The notes under the pieces: model-generated | The model's database searches: none | Seen by the model: the letters and a program-made list of their open reading frames with translations, nothing else | Told to the model about the DNA's origin: nothing | NCBI GenBank assembly: GCA_038749595.1 | Contig: JBCDHW010000013.1 | Coordinates: forward strand, 2,002-66,001 | Reading direction: 5' to 3' | Source of the DNA: Pseudomonadota bacterium | GTDB taxonomy: Bacteria > Pseudomonadota > Alphaproteobacteria > Caulobacterales > Parvularculaceae | DNA length: 64,000 nucleotides | Shown here: piece after piece, positions 61,450-64,000 of the stretch | How the letters are laid out: each line of letters opens with the position of its first letter | How positions within the stretch are numbered: the stretch's first letter is position 1 | Program-made: the position numbers and the translations under genes

Positions 61450-63240
61450 TTAAGCCGCGGCGGATCGTTTAGCCTGCAGGGCTTCTGTCGCCGCCTGCAG
61501 GAGCGCCGCGCGACGCACAGGCTTGGTCACGTAACCGTCAAAACCCTCGCCAAGGAACCGCTCGATATCGCTCTGCATCGCGTGGGCCGACACGGCAATG
61601 ATTGGCGGAAGCGACTGGGCGTCGATCTCCGCGCGCATCCGACGGAGCGTTTCTGGCCCGTCCATATGCGGCATCGCAATATCCAGAAGGACCAAGTCAA
61701 AATCGGCTGCCTTCGCGAGTTCCAACCCCTCAGCCCCTGACGTTGCCGTCACGGTGATCACCCCTTCGCGCTTTAAGACGGTCTCAAGCACGGCGAGATT
61801 GACGCTGTTGTCGTCAATCGCGAGCACCCGCCGCCCGCGCAGATCGATTGGCTTCTCGTCATGCGCCTGGGCGGACGGCAAGCCAGCCTCAGGCGCCTCG
61901 GGGAGCGGCAGGAAGATCGTGAAGGTGGTCCCGCGACCTCTCTCCGTATCGAGCTCAAACCGACCGCCCATGGCATCAATCAGACCACTGGTGATCGTCA
62001 GCCCAAGGCCGGTGCCGCCGTACTGGCGTGACGTCGATGACTGCGCTTGTGTGAACGGTTCAAAGACTTGCTTGGCTTCGCCAGGGGTCATTCCGATCCC
62101 CGTATCGGCCACCTCGATTTCGGTCATGCCTTCTGATGAAGAAGGACGAACACGGATGGTTACCGAACCTTCGTGGGTGAACTTGACCGCATTACCGAGC
62201 AGATTGTGGAGCACCTGAATGATCCGGTGCTCGTCGCCAAGCCGCCAATTGGGTGCATCCGGAGCAACCTCAACAGAAAGCTGGATCCCCCGCTTTCCGG
62301 CTTCCACTTCATGCAGAGAAGCCACGCGGTTGACCGCCTTGATGAGTGAGAAAGGCTGTTTTTCAAGGGAAAGGCGGCCCGCTTCAATCTTCGACATGTC
62401 GAGAACATCGTTCAACAAAACGAGCAACAGATCGCTCGCTTGGCGCATCACGTCGACTTGCGCCTGGGCCTCCTCAGGTAAGTCACTCGAGTCCAGCGCT
62501 GCCGCCATCCCGACGATACCATTCATGGGTGTACGGATCTCATGGCTGAGCGTCGCGAGGAAGTTCGATTTTGCTTCATTCGCGGCCTCGGCGGCCTTCC
62601 GGCGCTCCTCCGCCAAAGTCTGGGCCTGCATCAACGCGTGACTTTGTGCGTTGTAGCTTCGGAAGGCGAGGGCGAAGTGGCTGATGAAAACCGCGGTCGC
62701 GAAGAGAAGCGCGCCGCTTGTGAGCGGTGCGATCTCATACCCAAATGCCGCGGACGCAAGCGGCAGGATAAGGGTGAGCGACGCATGCGGAATAAAGCTT
62801 GAAAGAAAGACCTTCAGGTCATGATGCATGTGCAGCATCACATGGAGCATCGACCCGGACAGCCAGAACGCAGCAAAGATTTTGAAGCCATCTTCGGGAA
62901 CCAGCCAAGCGACGATCGGGACCGAACCGTAGAGATAGGCCGTTTGAATATTGGACAAATACATTGCCCACTTCTCATCCGCCGTCAGCGGCGCCGTCCG
63001 CCCATCGCGGAAAATCCGTGCCTTCAGCCATGTGTCGAAGATCTGGCTGACCACGACCACGCTGAAGACAGCCAGCGGAACGGCAAACCCAAGCTCAAGC
63101 GCAAGTAAGAAAAAGCCGATGCCGCCAATACCCAGGCGGGTGCGCAGCTGCGCACGGCGCGCTCGCTCCGTCTGGATCAGTGCCTGAAGTGTGTCCTCAG
63201 ACCTGTTGGCGATGCCCAAAGCCTCGGCCATCCATTGCAC
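61450..63240 (-). CDS. membrane hybrid histidine kinase (TM, HisKA, HATPase, receiver)
   Basis: FLATLSHEIRTPMNG, NLLGNAVKFT, DTGIGM, GGTGLGL, LLDIAMP.MDG. Confidence 0.96.
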   Translation of the reverse strand: MQWMAEALGIANRSEDTLQALIQTERARRAQLRTRLGIGGIGFFLLALELGFAVPLAVFSVVVVSQIFDTWLKARIFRDGRTAPLTADEKWAMYLSNIQTAYLYGSVPIVAWLVPEDGFKIFAAFWLSGSMLHVMLHMHHDLKVFLSSFIPHASLTLILPLASAAFGYEIAPLTSGALLFATAVFISHFALAFRSYNAQSHALMQAQTLAEERRKAAEAANEAKSNFLATLSHEIRTPMNGIVGMAAALDSSDLPEEAQAQVDVMRQASDLLLVLLNDVLDMSKIEAGRLSLEKQPFSLIKAVNRVASLHEVEAGKRGIQLSVEVAPDAPNWRLGDEHRIIQVLHNLLGNAVKFTHEGSVTIRVRPSSSEGMTEIEVADTGIGMTPGEAKQVFEPFTQAQSSTSRQYGGTGLGLTITSGLIDAMGGRFELDTERGRGTTFTIFLPLPEAPEAGLPSAQAHDEKPIDLRGRRVLAIDDNSVNLAVLETVLKREGVITVTATSGAEGLELAKAADFDLVLLDIAMPHMDGPETLRRMRAEIDAQSLPPIIAVSAHAMQSDIERFLGEGFDGYVTKPVRRAALLQAATEALQAKRSAAA

Positions 63241-63294
63241 TCCTCCCCAATGTATTAGAGAGACGGAGCGTTAAATGGGGCTGAAAAAGATCGC

Positions 63295-63309
63295 TTAATG
63301 CCTATTTAA
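63295..63309. promoter_or_regulatory. perfect CtrA box upstream of the hybrid kinase gene
   Basis: TTAA-TGCCTAT-TTAA, 55 nt upstream of the start codon. Confidence 0.7.
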
Positions 63310-63335
63310 ATGCGAAGAGGCTCGGCGAAAGAGCG

Positions 63336-64000
63336 CTAAATCTCAAAAGGATCCTTCATCAGGATCACATCCTCTCTTTCCGGGGATGTGGACACAAGGA
63401 TCACCGGGCGCTCGAGCAATTCTTCGATGCGGCGCACGTATTTCACCGCTTCGCCAGGCAGCTCTGACCAGCTTCGTGCACCGGCGGTCGAGCCCTTCCA
63501 ACCGGGGAGCTCCTCGTAGATCGGCACAGCCTGGGTCTGTTCCTTGGTCCCCGCTGGGAGATAGTCGACGCGTTGACCGGCGATGTCGTAACCAACGCAA
63601 ACCTTGAGGGTTTCCATGCCGTCCAGCACATCAAGCTTGGTCAGCGCGACGCCGTCGATACCGGCTGTCACGAGGGTCTGCCGGACCAAGGCAGCATCGA
63701 ACCACCCGCACCGCCGCTGGCGTCCTGTGACCGTGCCAAATTCGCGCCCGCGCTCGCCGAGCCGTTGGCCAATCTCATCGGTCAGCTCGGTAGGAAACGG
63801 CCCAGAGCCGACGCGGGTGGTGTAGGCTTTAACAATCCCAAGGCCGTAAGCATCGCCCGCGGTGCCGAGACCGGTTCCGCCGGCGGCCTGCCCCGCGACG
63901 GTGTTGGACGACGTGACAAAGGGATAGGTGCCGTGGTCGACATCGAGGAGGACGCCCTGGGCGCCCTCGAAGAGGATGCGCTTTCCCGCTTTGCGCGCGT
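63336..64000 (-). CDS. purA: adenylosuccinate synthetase, 5'-partial
   Basis: [53 protein letters not shown]. Confidence 0.98.
   Translation of the reverse strand, partial: ARKAGKRILFEGAQGVLLDVDHGTYPFVTSSNTVAGQAAGGTGLGTAGDAYGLGIVKAYTTRVGSGPFPTELTDEIGQRLGERGREFGTVTGRQRRCGWFDAALVRQTLVTAGIDGVALTKLDVLDGMETLKVCVGYDIAGQRVDYLPAGTKEQTQAVPIYEELPGWKGSTAGARSWSELPGEAVKYVRRIEELLERPVILVSTSPEREDVILMKDPFEI

Overview
A 64-kb, gene-dense, GC-rich chromosomal segment of an alphaproteobacterium. The assignment rests on a two-piece tmRNA with an ANDN-type tag, CtrA-type boxes and a PhyR-like regulator; a Parvularculales/Caulobacterales-like aquatic organism is my inference only. Most genes are housekeeping: partial yeaH, spoVR, tmRNA, thyA-folA, an isolated nuoH-nuoI pair, an M16 peptidase, uvrB, tRNA-Met, hslVU, ompW, hisB-H-A-F-E, adenosine kinase, ampG, oxyR/ahpC/ahpD, a fliL/fliF-fliN-fliP-fliG block, TPP riboswitch-thiC and partial purA. 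I saw no integrase, transposase, prophage or CRISPR array. The most unusual elements are: (1) a non-canonical general-stress-like locus (ECF sigma, 82-aa soluble anti-sigma, RHH-like protein, divergent PhyR, stand-alone sigma-like protein, no NepR or HWE kinase); (2) a membrane-anchored prephenate-dehydratase/ACT-fold protein lacking the catalytic motifs; (3) a TPP riboswitch whose first gene is a secreted metallo-beta-lactamase-fold hydrolase translationally coupled to thiC; (4) three covarying hairpin repeats directly downstream of tmRNA; (5) an orphan GTA head-spike-base-like gene beside the flagellar block; and (6) repeated splicing of unrelated genes into conserved operons through 4-nt stop/start overlaps. 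All family assignments come from motif recognition by eye; no database searches were run.
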